Assembly: GCA_963755715.1 (NCBI GenBank)
Contig: CAVWLW010000065.1
Span: forward strand, 15,914 to 79,913
Length of the DNA stretch: 64,000 bases
Reading direction: 5' to 3'
DNA from: an uncultured delta proteobacterium
GTDB lineage: Bacteria; Desulfobacterota; Binatia; UBA9968
The notes under the pieces are model-generated. The model searched no databases. It was not told the DNA's origin and worked only from the letters and a program-made list of their open reading frames with translations. The translations under genes were made by a program, and so were the position numbers. Shown in pieces: positions 1 through 10,786 of the stretch. The stretch's first letter is position 1; every line of letters starts with the position of its first letter.

Positions 1-2
1 GC

Positions 3-1136
3 ACCAAAGGGGCGCGGGTCACTTCCCATGTGTCGCTTCCGGGCCGCTACATGGTCTTTATGCCGGGCACCAAACATATCGGTATCTCGCGACGGATCGA
101 GAGCGAGGAAGAGCGCAAACGGTTGAAAGAAATCGCCCAGGCGCTCAGGACTGAAGAGGGCGGATTCATCCTGCGCACGGCTTGCGAAGGACGGAGCAAG
201 AGGGAGATCCAACGGGATCTAAGCTTTCTTACGAAGCTATGGAGCCGCATTCACAAAAAAGCCGAGTCCGCGCCGTCGCCGTCGCTGATTCATCAAGACC
301 TCGATTTGATCGTGCGCACAATCCGCGATTTCTTCAGCGCCGACACCGAGCGGGTGGTCGTCGATTCACCGAGAGACCATCGGCGCATCACCGACTTCGT
401 GCGCAATTTCATGCCGCGCCTCAAGTCGAAAATCGTGCTGTATGCCGACAAAGTGCCGCTCTTCGAGCAACAGGGGATCGAAGAAAAAGTCGCCAAGGCG
501 TTGGAGCGCCGAGTCTGGCTGCGTTCGGGCGGCTCCATCGTCATTGAGCGCACCGAAGCGCTCACCGCGGTGGACGTAAACACGGGCCGATTCGTCGGCA
601 AGCGCAATCAGGAAGAGACGATTTTTAAAACCAATTTGGAAGCGACGCAGGAAGTCGTACGCCAATTGCGCCTGCGCAACGTCGGCGGCATTATCATTAT
701 CGATTTCATCGATATGGAGAAGGAAGGGAACCGGAAGAAAGTCTACGATGCGCTCAGAGAGGCGCTCAAAAAAGACAAAGCGCGCACCAATATTTTAAAA
801 ATTTCCGAGCTCGGTTTGGTCGAGATGACTCGGCAACGAACGCGCGAAAGCTTGGAGAATCAGCTGCTCCGGCCTTGCCCTCATTGCGACGGCCGCGGCC
901 GGATCAAATCCGCGCCGACGATCGCCTACGACGTCTTGAGAGCGATTAAACGCCAGCACTCACAAGTCGAGGACGGCAAGAATATCGTTGTGCGGCTGCA
1001 TCCGGATATCGCGAATTTTCTCTACGACGAGAAAAACAACAGCCTGGAAAATCTCGAGCGCGAGATCAACCATCGCATCATCATCAAAGCCAGCCAGGAC
1101 TTACATCAAGAGAAATACGAGATCACCGAAGCCTAA
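3..1136 (+). CDS. rng: Ribonuclease G/E family, 5' end outside the window
   Basis: Frame is open from the window start (TKGARVTSHVSLPGRY). Motifs DVNTGRF, RLRNVGGIIIIDFIDM, LVEMTRQR and CPHCDGRG are present. Confidence 0.93.
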   Translation, partial: TKGARVTSHVSLPGRYMVFMPGTKHIGISRRIESEEERKRLKEIAQALRTEEGGFILRTACEGRSKREIQRDLSFLTKLWSRIHKKAESAPSPSLIHQDLDLIVRTIRDFFSADTERVVVDSPRDHRRITDFVRNFMPRLKSKIVLYADKVPLFEQQGIEEKVAKALERRVWLRSGGSIVIERTEALTAVDVNTGRFVGKRNQEETIFKTNLEATQEVVRQLRLRNVGGIIIIDFIDMEKEGNRKKVYDALREALKKDKARTNILKISELGLVEMTRQRTRESLENQLLRPCPHCDGRGRIKSAPTIAYDVLRAIKRQHSQVEDGKNIVVRLHPDIANFLYDEKNNSLENLEREINHRIIIKASQDLHQEKYEITEA

Positions 1137-1269
1137 CCTCAATTTTTCGGCCACGGATGAACGTCGGCGTCGCGCCGAAGCTTTTTCACATCATGAGCTT
1201 GTATGTGCGTGAAAACCGCCGTGCTCCGTTGCGGTTTTGCTTTCGTGGTTGGACGCGTGCCAAAAACAC

Positions 1270-1302
1270 ATAGGGGCGGGTTTGTTTGAAACCCGCCCCT
1301 AT
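1270..1302. repeat. REP-like palindrome or bidirectional terminator between convergent genes
   Basis: ATAGGGGCGGGTTT-gtttg-AAACCCGCCCCTAT, a perfect 14-bp stem. Confidence 0.7.
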
Positions 1303-1345
1303 CGTGACTCAAGATGATCTAATGCGTTTACTGCGATTGTCTCAC

Positions 1346-1855
1346 TCAGTGGTATTCCACGCCGGGTAAAGGATTGGCAACCGCTTCTTCCAACGTCGTG
1401 GCGCGCTTCCACTCGTTTGCCGGGCGGCTGCGGCCGTCGGTGCCGATTTGATCCATGGCCGCGTAGATTTCGATCTTGTAACCGTCGGGATCATAGAATT
1501 CGAGCCCCGGATTGCCGCCAGGACCGCGGCGTCCTTCGTAAAAAATCGTCACGCCCTTCGCTTTGAGAAAATCGCGGATCTTGAAAAGCTCCGACACGGT
1601 AGCGACTTCCAAAGCCATGTGGTCGAATCCCACTTGGCCGCGCTTGGGCAGTTCACTTTTCTCCGTTGCCTGGACTAACGCGACGGTGTGGTGGTCGGTG
1701 GTGTTACGGAAAAACATCATCCCGCCCTCGTTCCGGTCGGAAAACTTAAAACCCATGACGTCGGTCCAGAACTTCGTGCTGCGCTCGATGTCGCTAACCG
1801 TGAGCACGACGTGACCGATTTTCTTGATTTTGATCGGAGATTTTTCTTCTGTCAT
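1346..1855 (-). CDS. VOC/glyoxalase (extradiol dioxygenase-like) protein
   Basis: IGHVVL...DHH...DHMALEV...DPDGYKIE; AAGGAG RBS before the ATG at 1855. Confidence 0.88.
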   Translation of the reverse strand: MTEEKSPIKIKKIGHVVLTVSDIERSTKFWTDVMGFKFSDRNEGGMMFFRNTTDHHTVALVQATEKSELPKRGQVGFDHMALEVATVSELFKIRDFLKAKGVTIFYEGRRGPGGNPGLEFYDPDGYKIEIYAAMDQIGTDGRSRPANEWKRATTLEEAVANPLPGVEYH

Positions 1856-1978
1856 AAAATGCTCCTTTCGGTTGTTAAGATTGGCGCGGTTGTATGCCGC
1901 CAAAGCTACCGATTTTCTAGCACGGAATGTCGGCTTAAGGCAAAGCGGAAAGAATCGGGGATTAGCCGGTCGGCAAGA

Positions 1979-2380
1979 TCAGCCGCGCGTGAATTTAGCG
2001 ACGATCTTGCGGCTGTAGTTGCGCACCGAACTTAGGTCCAGCGAGCGGCGCTTGAGCATATCGAGGCGGATCATTTTCCATTGAATGCTTTTGGCCAGCG
2101 CGCGGCGCTCGCCTTCGTCTTCGACGTGTTTGATCAGGTCCTCGAGCGTATGAATGTCTTTCAGTAGTTCGACTTCGGGCGGCAAGACATGGGCGTTCTT
2201 GAGCACGTGATAGCCGATCCGTAGATCTTCGGGCACCCAGCTTAGGTCTTCCAATTCCAGCGGTTTGCCTTTGCCTGGAAGGTTATCAAATGCGCCCTCA
2301 CGCTGTGCTTCGAGAATGCGTTGTTCGGCGATCCTGTGCATAAACGACACGGCGCCCGTTTGTTGTGGCGGTCTTTTCAT
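1979..2380 (-). CDS. DUF1992 (DnaJ-family-associated) protein
   Basis: IAEQRILEAQREGAFDNLPGKGKPL and LKNAHVLPPEVEL; the true start may be slightly downstream. Confidence 0.85.
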   Translation of the reverse strand: MKRPPQQTGAVSFMHRIAEQRILEAQREGAFDNLPGKGKPLELEDLSWVPEDLRIGYHVLKNAHVLPPEVELLKDIHTLEDLIKHVEDEGERRALAKSIQWKMIRLDMLKRRSLDLSSVRNYSRKIVAKFTRG

Positions 2381-2384
2381 CCGC

Positions 2385-3648
2385 TTAGCTCCTTCGACTG
2401 ACCGATCTTTCCGCTTGCATTGCCGCGAGCTCTTCCGGCGGCCGGACGTGGCGGAACATCAGAAAAAATGCCACGTCGTTGACCAATTGTAACCCGCCGC
2501 CGATGAACAAGGGAAGCGTCAAGCGAAACGGTTTGCATGAGATAAGTCGAAATGGTCGGGCTGATGCCGAACGGCACGATGCGCGCCAAGCTGGTGACGC
2601 CGGCCGCGGAGCCGCGTTCGTTGGATTGGACCATCGCCATGGTGAACGAAGCTCGTAAAGGATTGTCCATGTAAGCGAAAAATGACCGAATGACAATGAG
2701 CGCGGCGGCCACGTTAAGAATCGAGGCAAATGGTAGGCATAGCCAAATCAGCGACGCCAAACCGTGGGAAAATGCCATGGTTTTGACGACGCCGATTTTG
2801 CTCGCGATCAGCGGCGCGCTGAGAAACGACAGCGCCGCGAGAAAATAGGAAGCAAAGAAAATCACGCCGAGAGATTTGAGCTCGACGCCGAAACGAAGAA
2901 AGAACCAATAAGCGACCAACGAACCCGCCATACCGGCGCCGAAGTTGTCGACGATTGCAAGCAAAGACATCTTGGTGACAAAGACACCGGTGCTTTTGGA
3001 CATCTTTTTTTCGGCAGGCCTGGGTTGGTGTTCCTCCTCGCCGATGGCCCGATACACGAACAGGAGCGCGACGCTAAAAAGTATGGTCAAGCCGAAAAGC
3101 GGCTTGTAGGAGTCGACCGCGTTCCAGCCCTTTGTTTCTTGAAGAAACTGCGGCAGGCCGCTGGCCAACGCGCCTAAAGAGCCCATGATCGAGCCGACGC
3201 ACGAATTGACCGCGAAGATCTGATTGCGATTCTCCGGCCGGCATTTCTCGGCCAGGAGAGCTTCTTCCACCGGATTGAACGGACCGCCGCCCGAGCCGCC
3301 GCCGCCGGATCCGCCGGCGCCGACGTTCGCGACGATAACTGCAGCCAGAATAAAGAAGAGACTGCTAAAATAAATAAGGATGAGGTTGGACAGGATCGTC
3401 AGAATCGCAAGCAGCATCAAAATTTTTCTGCGACCGACCCGATCCGACAAATATCCCCAGAGCGCCGTGAGCACGGCGCCGCTCAGATACGCGACGGTGA
3501 AAATGACCCCGATCATCACCGGCGTATATCCAAGCCGGTCGAGATAGATGGCGAACACGACGTTCAAATACGAAAAAGCGAAGGCACGGATGCCGCGCGA
3601 GGCCATCAGCAACTTGGCATCGCGGTGTAAGTTTCGCAGCAGTCCCAT
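2385..3648 (-). CDS. MFS transporter, paralogue 2 (frameshift near 2520)
   Basis: Motif A GYLSDRVGRRKIL and many TM helices. The C-terminus continues in the 2385..2729 frame (LPLFIGGGLQLVND), matching the neighbouring paralogue. Confidence 0.85.
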
Positions 3649-3650
3649 AA

Positions 3651-4907
3651 TCAAGCCGTCGCGGTTTGCGGCGTAGCCCCTTCTTCTTCGGGCGGTTTCA
3701 CGTCGCGGAACATGAAATAGAAGACGCAATCGTGAAAGAACTGCAGGAAGCCGCCGATAAATATCGGCACGTTCAACGTGAACGCCTGCATTAAGTACGC
3801 CGAGATCGTCGGACTGATCGCCACCGGAACATGCCGTGAGAGAGTGGTGAAGCCGGCGGCGGAGCCGCGATCTTCGGGCCGAACGACGCCCATGATGAAG
3901 GAACTCCTGAGTGGACTGTCCATATAAGCCAGATAGGAGCGAGCGATTGTCAGGGCGGCGGCGATCGCAAACGTCGGCGCCAGCGGCAGGCAGAGCCAAA
4001 TTGCCGACGCCAAACCGTGGGAGAAAGCCATGGTTCGGACTACGCCGATTTTGCGCGCGATGATCGGCGCGGTTAAAAACGACATGGCGGCGAGAAAGTA
4101 AGATAAAAAGAACATAAAGCCGAGAGACTTGAGCTCAACGCCGTAGCGCAGAAAAAACCAGTAGGAGATCAGCGGGCTGACCAATCCGCCGCCCAAATTA
4201 TCGATCATGCCGAGCAGCGACATTTTAAGCACGAAGGCGTTGGCTTTGGTCACCATTGGTTTCTTCGCTCGTTTTTTGGCGACGTGATGCTCGTCGATTC
4301 GCGAGTAGGCAAAGATCAGCACGGCGCTAAAAACGATCGTTAACGCAAAGAGCGGCTTGTAAGAAGCGATCGGTTGCCAGCCCCAATTTTCCTGTAAATG
4401 CTGCGGCAAACCGCTCAACAGCGCGCCTAAGGCGCCCATCATCGAGCCGACAAAGGCATTGGCGGCGAAGACTGCGTTACGGTTCTGCGGCGTGCATTTT
4501 TCTGCGAGCAGGGCCTGCTCGACCGGACTCATGGGGCCGCCGCCTTGGCCGCCACCGCCCGAACCCCCGGCGCCCACGTTGGCGATGATGACCGCGGCGA
4601 TGATGAAAATCAGATGACTGGAAAAAATGTAAATAAGGTTAGACGCGATGGTGAGGACGGCCAAAAGCATCAGAATATTTTTCCGGCCAAATCGGTCCGA
4701 CAGATAGCCCCACACGGCGGTTAAGACAGCCGCGCTGGCATACGCCGTGGTGACGACAAAGCCAACGGTGATCGTCGAGTAACCGAGCTGACTCAAATAA
4801 ATCGTGAAAATGACGCCCAAATAGGAGAACGCAAAGGCTCTGACGCCGCGGGAGATCATCAAGATTTTCGCGTCGCGCTGCAAATCCCCGAAGAAATGTC
4901 GGATCAC
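3651..4907 (-). CDS. MFS transporter, paralogue 1
   Basis: GYLSDRFGRKNIL; about 12 hydrophobic segments. Confidence 0.9.
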   Translation of the reverse strand: MIRHFFGDLQRDAKILMISRGVRAFAFSYLGVIFTIYLSQLGYSTITVGFVVTTAYASAAVLTAVWGYLSDRFGRKNILMLLAVLTIASNLIYIFSSHLIFIIAAVIIANVGAGGSGGGGQGGGPMSPVEQALLAEKCTPQNRNAVFAANAFVGSMMGALGALLSGLPQHLQENWGWQPIASYKPLFALTIVFSAVLIFAYSRIDEHHVAKKRAKKPMVTKANAFVLKMSLLGMIDNLGGGLVSPLISYWFFLRYGVELKSLGFMFFLSYFLAAMSFLTAPIIARKIGVVRTMAFSHGLASAIWLCLPLAPTFAIAAALTIARSYLAYMDSPLRSSFIMGVVRPEDRGSAAGFTTLSRHVPVAISPTISAYLMQAFTLNVPIFIGGFLQFFHDCVFYFMFRDVKPPEEEGATPQTATA

Positions 4908-5855
4908 TGCGGCCTCGCCGCGTTGTAATGGTCGCGCTCGAAATCGAGCTCGGTATAGATTCCCAAGGCGTGAAGCGCGTCGTTGGCTTCATCCAATGAC
5001 GAACTCGTACGCACGGCTTGCGCCGGGCGCGAAAGGCTTTCATATAATTTTTCCGGCGACATGAAAAAAGTCAGGGTGGTGAGCGGCGTAAGCTTGAGAG
5101 TGCGCCGATCGCCGCGAATGCGCTTTGTTCCCCATGCGCCGCGGAAACATTCCACCGGGATGGCGCTCGCTTCGGTGGGCACGGTTTTGATGACCTCCTC
5201 GATTTCGGCGGCGATTTTTGGCGTGAGCGCCCATGCGCCCTGCAACCCATTGACAGCGGCGAGTTTGCTCAGCGCCGCTTCGATTTCATCCACGGTCAAC
5301 TCGCCGTCGCTGCCGTAGCCAAACACGCCCCATAAGGTGCGGCGGCCGCGTTTTGCCAATTCCGCAAACGCGGCCAACATGATCGAATCTGCCAACGGAC
5401 TGCGCAATCCGGGCTCATGACCTTGCGCCAGCGAATCGCCGCCAACGTCGATGCCGACCAGCAAGTCCGCTTGGAGTTCTTGCATCGCGATTTCAATTCC
5501 ATCCACCACGCCGGCGGCGCCGCCGTTGATGTCGATCAGTAAAACTCGCCTGGCCGATCGCCGCCGCCATTCTCGATTCGGCGAAATAAACACCGGTATC
5601 GGTTTGACTATCGGCATTCGCCATCCAGGCGAAAGGATGCAGCACCCGAACGTTTCGTGTTTCGCTAAGCTTTCGTGGCCCGGGTATCGGATCGTAGACG
5701 TTTCGTTCCCAGGAAAGACCGCCGAGGATGAATTCCAAGCCGCAAAATTCAAGGAAGCGCGCAGTCGCCAAGGCGCCGACCACGTCGCCGCCGCCACCGA
5801 CGCCGATAACCAGGGCGCGCGACGATGCGCGGATGAGAGTTTCCAACGATTGCAT
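4904..5855 (-). CDS. DUF1152 family protein (frameshift near 5547)
   Basis: N-part IGVGGGGDV in the 5493..5855 ORF; C-part IDVGGDSL, SPLADSIML and GYGSDGELT in the 4904..5902 frame. Confidence 0.78.
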
Positions 5856-5896
5856 TTATTATGTTGTTCAGGCTGGCTCTTCGACGTCTTAATGGC

Positions 5897-5958
5897 TGTC
5901 ATCCTGAACGACGTGAAGGATCTCGGCCGAGATTCTTCGCCTGTGGCTCAGAATGACA
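5897..5958. repeat. REP-like palindromic element (GTCATCCTGA...TCAGAATGAC type)
   Basis: TGTCATCCTGAACGACGTGAAGGATCTCGG/CCGAGATTCTTCGCCTGTGGCTCAGAATGACA, an imperfect inverted repeat. Confidence 0.75.
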
Positions 5959-6013
5959 CGCCATCTTTGCCATACTCTCGTTTGCCTTTGCTCGCGTAAT
6001 TCTCGAATGATCA

Positions 6014-6568
6014 TCATTTCGGAATATGCGTATCCTGTCCCGGCACAGGATTAGCAATTGCTTCTTCGAGCGATTTGACGCCGTGCCATTCGTTGGACGG
6101 CCGCACGCGGCCGTCACTGCCGACTTGATCGACACCCCAGTAAATTTCTAGAGAATGATTGTCCGGGTCGCGAAACTCCACGGCGATCTGACAGCCGGCG
6201 CGGCGGCGGCCTTCAAAGTCGATCTTGGCGCCGCATTCACGCAAGCGATCGCGCGCGTGCAGGACTTCGCCGAGCGTCGGCACCTCGAAAGCGAGGTGAT
6301 GTAATTCTCTATTCGCGTTCTTGCCGTCACCGGCGCCGACGAGAGCGAGGCAATGATGGTCCGTGTTACAACGCAAAAACACCATGCCGCCGGGCATCAT
6401 CTCTTCCGGATAAACGTCCGAGACTTTGAAGCCCAGAACCTTCGTGTAAAATTCGGTCGAACGTTCGAGATCCGAGACTTGCAAGACGACATGACCGACT
6501 TTGCTGATGTGAAAATCCATGCCTTTCGGCGGCGTCATACTTTTCAGCTTTTCGATATTGACGGCCAT
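6014..6568 (-). CDS. VOC/glyoxalase protein, paralogue of 1346..1855
   Basis: VGHVVL...DHHCLAL...HHLAFEV...DPDNHSLE; shares the C-terminal RPxNEW...LEEAxANPxPG with 1346..1855. Confidence 0.88.
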   Translation of the reverse strand: MAVNIEKLKSMTPPKGMDFHISKVGHVVLQVSDLERSTEFYTKVLGFKVSDVYPEEMMPGGMVFLRCNTDHHCLALVGAGDGKNANRELHHLAFEVPTLGEVLHARDRLRECGAKIDFEGRRRAGCQIAVEFRDPDNHSLEIYWGVDQVGSDGRVRPSNEWHGVKSLEEAIANPVPGQDTHIPK

Positions 6569-6624
6569 AACGATTCCTCCATCTCTGAGTCAGCTCCGCA
6601 GCGATGAATCGGCAAAGGCCGCGC

Positions 6625-7422
6625 TCAACTCGCCGGCTTTGGCATGAGATTGTTGGCGCGCAGGAAATCAATGACAAACTCGTCGAAACTGGCAGGATCT
6701 TCGATGTTACAGGCGTGACCCGTCTTCGGTAACACCTTGTGCACGGCGCCAGGAATGAGCGACGCCGTCAGTTTTCCGCCTTTGAGAGAATTATCGTACT
6801 CACCGTTGACCACCAGAGTCGGCACTTTCATCGTGCCGAGCCGAGGCGTCATGTCGAGACCGCCGCGGGCGCGAAAAATCTGGCCGATGGATTCACCCGA
6901 GAGCCACGGGTCGCGTTCAACGAACGTGTTGAGCAGATATTTACCTAACTTTGAATCGGCGAACTCGGGCGCCACCAAGTCGCGCAGATGTTGGATGTGA
7001 TATTTCTCGATGCCGACTTTTGTGTAGCCGTGGATGCGTTCTTCGATCGATCCGCCCGGTCCGCTGCTGCCACCGACGAGAATAATCGCTTTGAAAATCT
7101 CCGGGTGATCGAGACCTAACAGAATCGCCATGCCCGAGCCGACGCTGACGCCGCCGAGGATCGCTTCCTTGACGCCCTGGTCGCGACAAACAGCGAGCAC
7201 ATCATCCGCCATGTCTTTTAGGCTGAACGGTGTTTCAGGTTTGTCCGAGCGCCCGTAGCCACGAATGTCGATGGCGATGACTTTGAAGTAGGTGGAAAAG
7301 TGCGCGATCTGGTACATCCAGAGGTTATGATCGAAGGGATTGGCATGAACCATGACGAAAGGAAAACCTTCGCCGGAAACTTCGTAATAAATCTTAAGTC
7401 CGTTGGCGGTGCTGTAGGGCAT
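6625..7422 (-). CDS. Alpha/beta hydrolase (enol-lactone hydrolase-like)
   Basis: DIRGYGRS, nucleophile elbow GVSVG, GEYD and GHAC. Confidence 0.88.
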   Translation of the reverse strand: MPYSTANGLKIYYEVSGEGFPFVMVHANPFDHNLWMYQIAHFSTYFKVIAIDIRGYGRSDKPETPFSLKDMADDVLAVCRDQGVKEAILGGVSVGSGMAILLGLDHPEIFKAIILVGGSSGPGGSIEERIHGYTKVGIEKYHIQHLRDLVAPEFADSKLGKYLLNTFVERDPWLSGESIGQIFRARGGLDMTPRLGTMKVPTLVVNGEYDNSLKGGKLTASLIPGAVHKVLPKTGHACNIEDPASFDEFVIDFLRANNLMPKPAS

Positions 7423-7597
7423 AGATATTGGGTTTTGAATGCCAGAGATATGGCAATTGGTGTAAAAACTCTTATCTGGAGCGCCAATCACTTGTCAAGA
7501 AATGAAACTTTCTCATGCACCGAGCTTCACTTGCGGACATACATTTCGCTTGTTATGTGGGTAGGCGGCTCAGGGTGTTCATGAATCAAGCCGAGGA

Positions 7598-8545
7598 GTG
7601 TTTTTTACTATAATGACGTTGCTTTTATCGGTCCTCGTTATTTTCTTTGGTTGGCGCTTGCAGCCGCTCGCTGCGCAGGAATTACAAAAAGTCCGCATCT
7701 CCTATTCGAGCCGCAGCAATTCGACCACTGTTTACCAAGTCGCTTTGGCCAGAGGTTTCTTCAAAGAAGAAGGACTGGAAGCGGAGATGATTCAAATGAA
7801 TCCGCGCCTCGGCGGTCTGGCGGTGATGAACGGTGACATCGAGTTCACGACGACGTTCGGCACCACGCTGCGCGGTATTATCCAAGGCTTGCCACTCAAA
7901 TTTGTCGCCATATCCGTTCGCAAGACCGATCATTTCTTAATCAGCCGCCCCGAGCTAAAGACGATCCAAGACCTGCGCGGTAAGCGCCTCGGAGTCTCGA
8001 CGCTATTTGGCACCGATCAACTGGCCGCCGAGGACATGATGCAGTCCAAAGGGTTGAACCCGAGCGCCGTGCAGGTGGTGGCCTTGGGCGATGCCCCAGT
8101 GCGGGTCCAAGCCTTGCGCGCAGGCATTGTTGAAGTCATCGCGATGAACACTCCCTACGATATGGTCTTGATGAAAGACGGTTATAACGCTCTTGCCGGG
8201 CCGCAAGATCTCAAGCGTGCGCTGCCACTGGCGGGCTTGGCAGTAAAAGATAGTCTGCTTAAGGAAAAACCTGCTTTGATCAAACGCGCGCTGCGCGCGG
8301 TTTTAAAGTCGCACCGATTCATTTTCGACAACAAACAAGAAACCACCCGCATCATGATGCAGTGGTTGAGCCAGCCGCCGGATATCGGGTCGCGCGGCTA
8401 TGAGCTGGCGTTACTGGCCCTTTCTCGGAACGGCGAGATTCCCGACTCCGACTTGGAATTGTTAACGGAGAAAAAACGGCCGTTGAACGAAGTCCGCGAT
8501 TACAGTTTGCTACGCGAGGCGCAGAAAGAACTGGGCATGCGTTGA
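7598..8545 (+). CDS. NitT/TauT-type ABC substrate-binding protein
   Basis: Signal peptide, GFFKEEGLE and DLRGKRLGVS. Confidence 0.85.
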   Translation: MFFTIMTLLLSVLVIFFGWRLQPLAAQELQKVRISYSSRSNSTTVYQVALARGFFKEEGLEAEMIQMNPRLGGLAVMNGDIEFTTTFGTTLRGIIQGLPLKFVAISVRKTDHFLISRPELKTIQDLRGKRLGVSTLFGTDQLAAEDMMQSKGLNPSAVQVVALGDAPVRVQALRAGIVEVIAMNTPYDMVLMKDGYNALAGPQDLKRALPLAGLAVKDSLLKEKPALIKRALRAVLKSHRFIFDNKQETTRIMMQWLSQPPDIGSRGYELALLALSRNGEIPDSDLELLTEKKRPLNEVRDYSLLREAQKELGMR

Positions 8546-8586
8546 TCAGGATTGCATCCGACAGATTCGGTTAGGAGCGAATCGCC

Positions 8587-9600
8587 ATGATGAGAAAGAC
8601 TCGCGGTTTCGTCAATCGGTGGCTGTTTCTTCTAGTGACCGTAGTGCTTAGCTTTAGCCAAGCAGGCGTGGGACTTTGCGCCGATGACAGCTTATTTTCC
8701 GAGGCGCGCCGAGAGCGGGGAACCGTGCGTTGGTACACCGCCTTGAACGTCAATGGAAGCAAGCCCCTCGCCGATGCTTTCGAGAAAAAATATCCGTTTC
8801 TAAAAGTTGACATCAATCGGCTGAGCAATGAACGCATCATGAACCGAATTTTCGCCGAAGCGAAATCGGCGGCGCCGCAATTCGACGTCACTTCGTTCGC
8901 TTACTTGCCCTTGCTGGCGGAGAAAGGTCTTTTGGCCAGTTATCAAAGTCCCCAGACCAAAGCTTACCTGGAGGGATTTTTTGATCCCAAAAGCCATTGG
9001 ACGACGATGTATTCGAATCTTATCGTGTTGGGCTACAACACGCGTCAGGTCAGTGCTGCCTCGGCGCCGAAGGACTGGCCGGATCTCCTCGCTTCGCAGT
9101 GGAGCGAGAAAATCGGCATGGATCCCGAAGTCGGCATCTGGTACGGCGCGATGCTGCACTACATGGGGAAAGAAAGAGGAGAGAAGTTTTTTCGCTCGCT
9201 GGCGCAGCAGAAAATACAGTGGCGTCGCGGCCATTCTTTGCTCGCTCAACTGATGACGGCCGGCGAGTTTCCGCTCGCGCTCGTCTATGCCTTCAACATC
9301 AGCCAATTGCAGCAAAGCGGCGCGCCGGTGAAGTGGGTGACCTCGGCAAAACCGATCGTTGCTACCACCAGCGGCATCGGCATTTCGGCAAAGACGGACG
9401 CGCCGGCATCGAGCAAGCTGTTCATCGATTTTGCGCTCTCTTTGGAAGGCCAGAAAATAATCACCGAGACCGGGCGTTTTTCCGCGCGGAAAGATTTACA
9501 GACCATCGGCGATCTCAAGACCTATGCGGTCCCTGATGCGGTGGTGCTGAATCTTGAAAAGTACTTGCAAGAATTCACCCAACTATTTCGCCCGAAATAA
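8587..9600 (+). CDS. Fe3+/thiamine-type ABC substrate-binding protein
   Basis: Signal peptide, WYTALN, FEKKYPF, YNTRQV...PKDWPDLL and KLFIDFALSLEGQ. Confidence 0.83.
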   Translation: MMRKTRGFVNRWLFLLVTVVLSFSQAGVGLCADDSLFSEARRERGTVRWYTALNVNGSKPLADAFEKKYPFLKVDINRLSNERIMNRIFAEAKSAAPQFDVTSFAYLPLLAEKGLLASYQSPQTKAYLEGFFDPKSHWTTMYSNLIVLGYNTRQVSAASAPKDWPDLLASQWSEKIGMDPEVGIWYGAMLHYMGKERGEKFFRSLAQQKIQWRRGHSLLAQLMTAGEFPLALVYAFNISQLQQSGAPVKWVTSAKPIVATTSGIGISAKTDAPASSKLFIDFALSLEGQKIITETGRFSARKDLQTIGDLKTYAVPDAVVLNLEKYLQEFTQLFRPK

Positions 9601-9639
9601 CCGGGCAATTACCACTGGACCAGTCGAAAGGAAAACCGC

Positions 9640-10716
9640 ATGCAAGATCTGAGTACAAAATCCGCCTATGAGCTGAAGACCCCCTATGCTTTTTGGCAAG
9701 ACGGAGAAGGAATTCCGGCCTACGGCGGCTACTGGATCGAAGACGTTCGAACCGTCGAGTTGGCAGATTGGCAAAGGACGGGCGGGCGCGGCGCGTTCGT
9801 CAATCTCAACGGCGCGGGCATGAACTGCGACGCACATATAAATGAAATACCGGCAAAACAGCAGCTAAAGGCGGAGCGGCATCTCTATGAGGAAATCATT
9901 TTTATTTTGAGCGGCCAAGGTGCGACCGTGATTTGGAACGATGGCGGACCAAAACACACCCTCGAGTGGCAGGAGGGAAGTCTTTTTTCACCGCCCCTGA
10001 ATGCTTGGCATCAACATTTTAACGCCGATGCTGCCAAACCGGCGCGCTTCATCTCGCTGACCAGCGCGCCGCAGGCGATCAATCAATTCCGCAATCTCGA
10101 TTTTATTTTTAACAACTCGTTCATATTCGCGGATCGATATCGTGGCGAAGCCGGCGAATTGACGAAGGCGGGTCAATACATTCAAAAAGGCGTCAAGCCG
10201 GGGCGCGTGTGGGAGACTAACTTTGTCGCCAACCTATTGGAGTTCCAGCCCAAGGAGCACTCGGCGCGAGGCGCGGGGACTCGGAATAGTCTCTTCGAGT
10301 TTGCCGGCAACACCATGAGCGCGCATCTGTCGGCGTTCCCTGCGGGGAAGTATAAAAAGGCGCACCGTCACGGGCCGGGCGCGCACATCGTCATTTTATC
10401 CGGCAACGGTTATTCGCTGATGTGGCCGCACGATACCGAACCCCAACGGATCGACTGGCGTCCGGGAAGTTTGGTCGTGCCGCCACTCGATTGGTATCAT
10501 CAACATTTTTGTCCGGGACCCGAAGCGGCACGGTTTATCGCCCTAAAGCCATGGGGATTTAAGTATTTGGTCGACGACCTTGCCAAGTCGGACAAGGACG
10601 AAAACGAAGGCGGCACGCAGATCGAATACCAAAATCAAGATCCAAAAATTCACCGGATCTTTGTCGACGAGTGCACCCAGCGGGGCGTGCTTGCGCAGAT
10701 GCCGATGTTCGCTTAA
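9640..10716 (+). CDS. Bicupin protein (gentisate 1,2-dioxygenase-like fold)
   Basis: Two cupin motifs: RHLYEE...WHQH and HRHGPGAH...WYHQH. Confidence 0.8.
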   Translation: MQDLSTKSAYELKTPYAFWQDGEGIPAYGGYWIEDVRTVELADWQRTGGRGAFVNLNGAGMNCDAHINEIPAKQQLKAERHLYEEIIFILSGQGATVIWNDGGPKHTLEWQEGSLFSPPLNAWHQHFNADAAKPARFISLTSAPQAINQFRNLDFIFNNSFIFADRYRGEAGELTKAGQYIQKGVKPGRVWETNFVANLLEFQPKEHSARGAGTRNSLFEFAGNTMSAHLSAFPAGKYKKAHRHGPGAHIVILSGNGYSLMWPHDTEPQRIDWRPGSLVVPPLDWYHQHFCPGPEAARFIALKPWGFKYLVDDLAKSDKDENEGGTQIEYQNQDPKIHRIFVDECTQRGVLAQMPMFA

Positions 10717-10786
10717 TCAGGCAAATATCGACGCGCCGAGCTGCGGGCGCAGAACCGAACTTCATTTCTGATGGAGAAAAAAGAAC

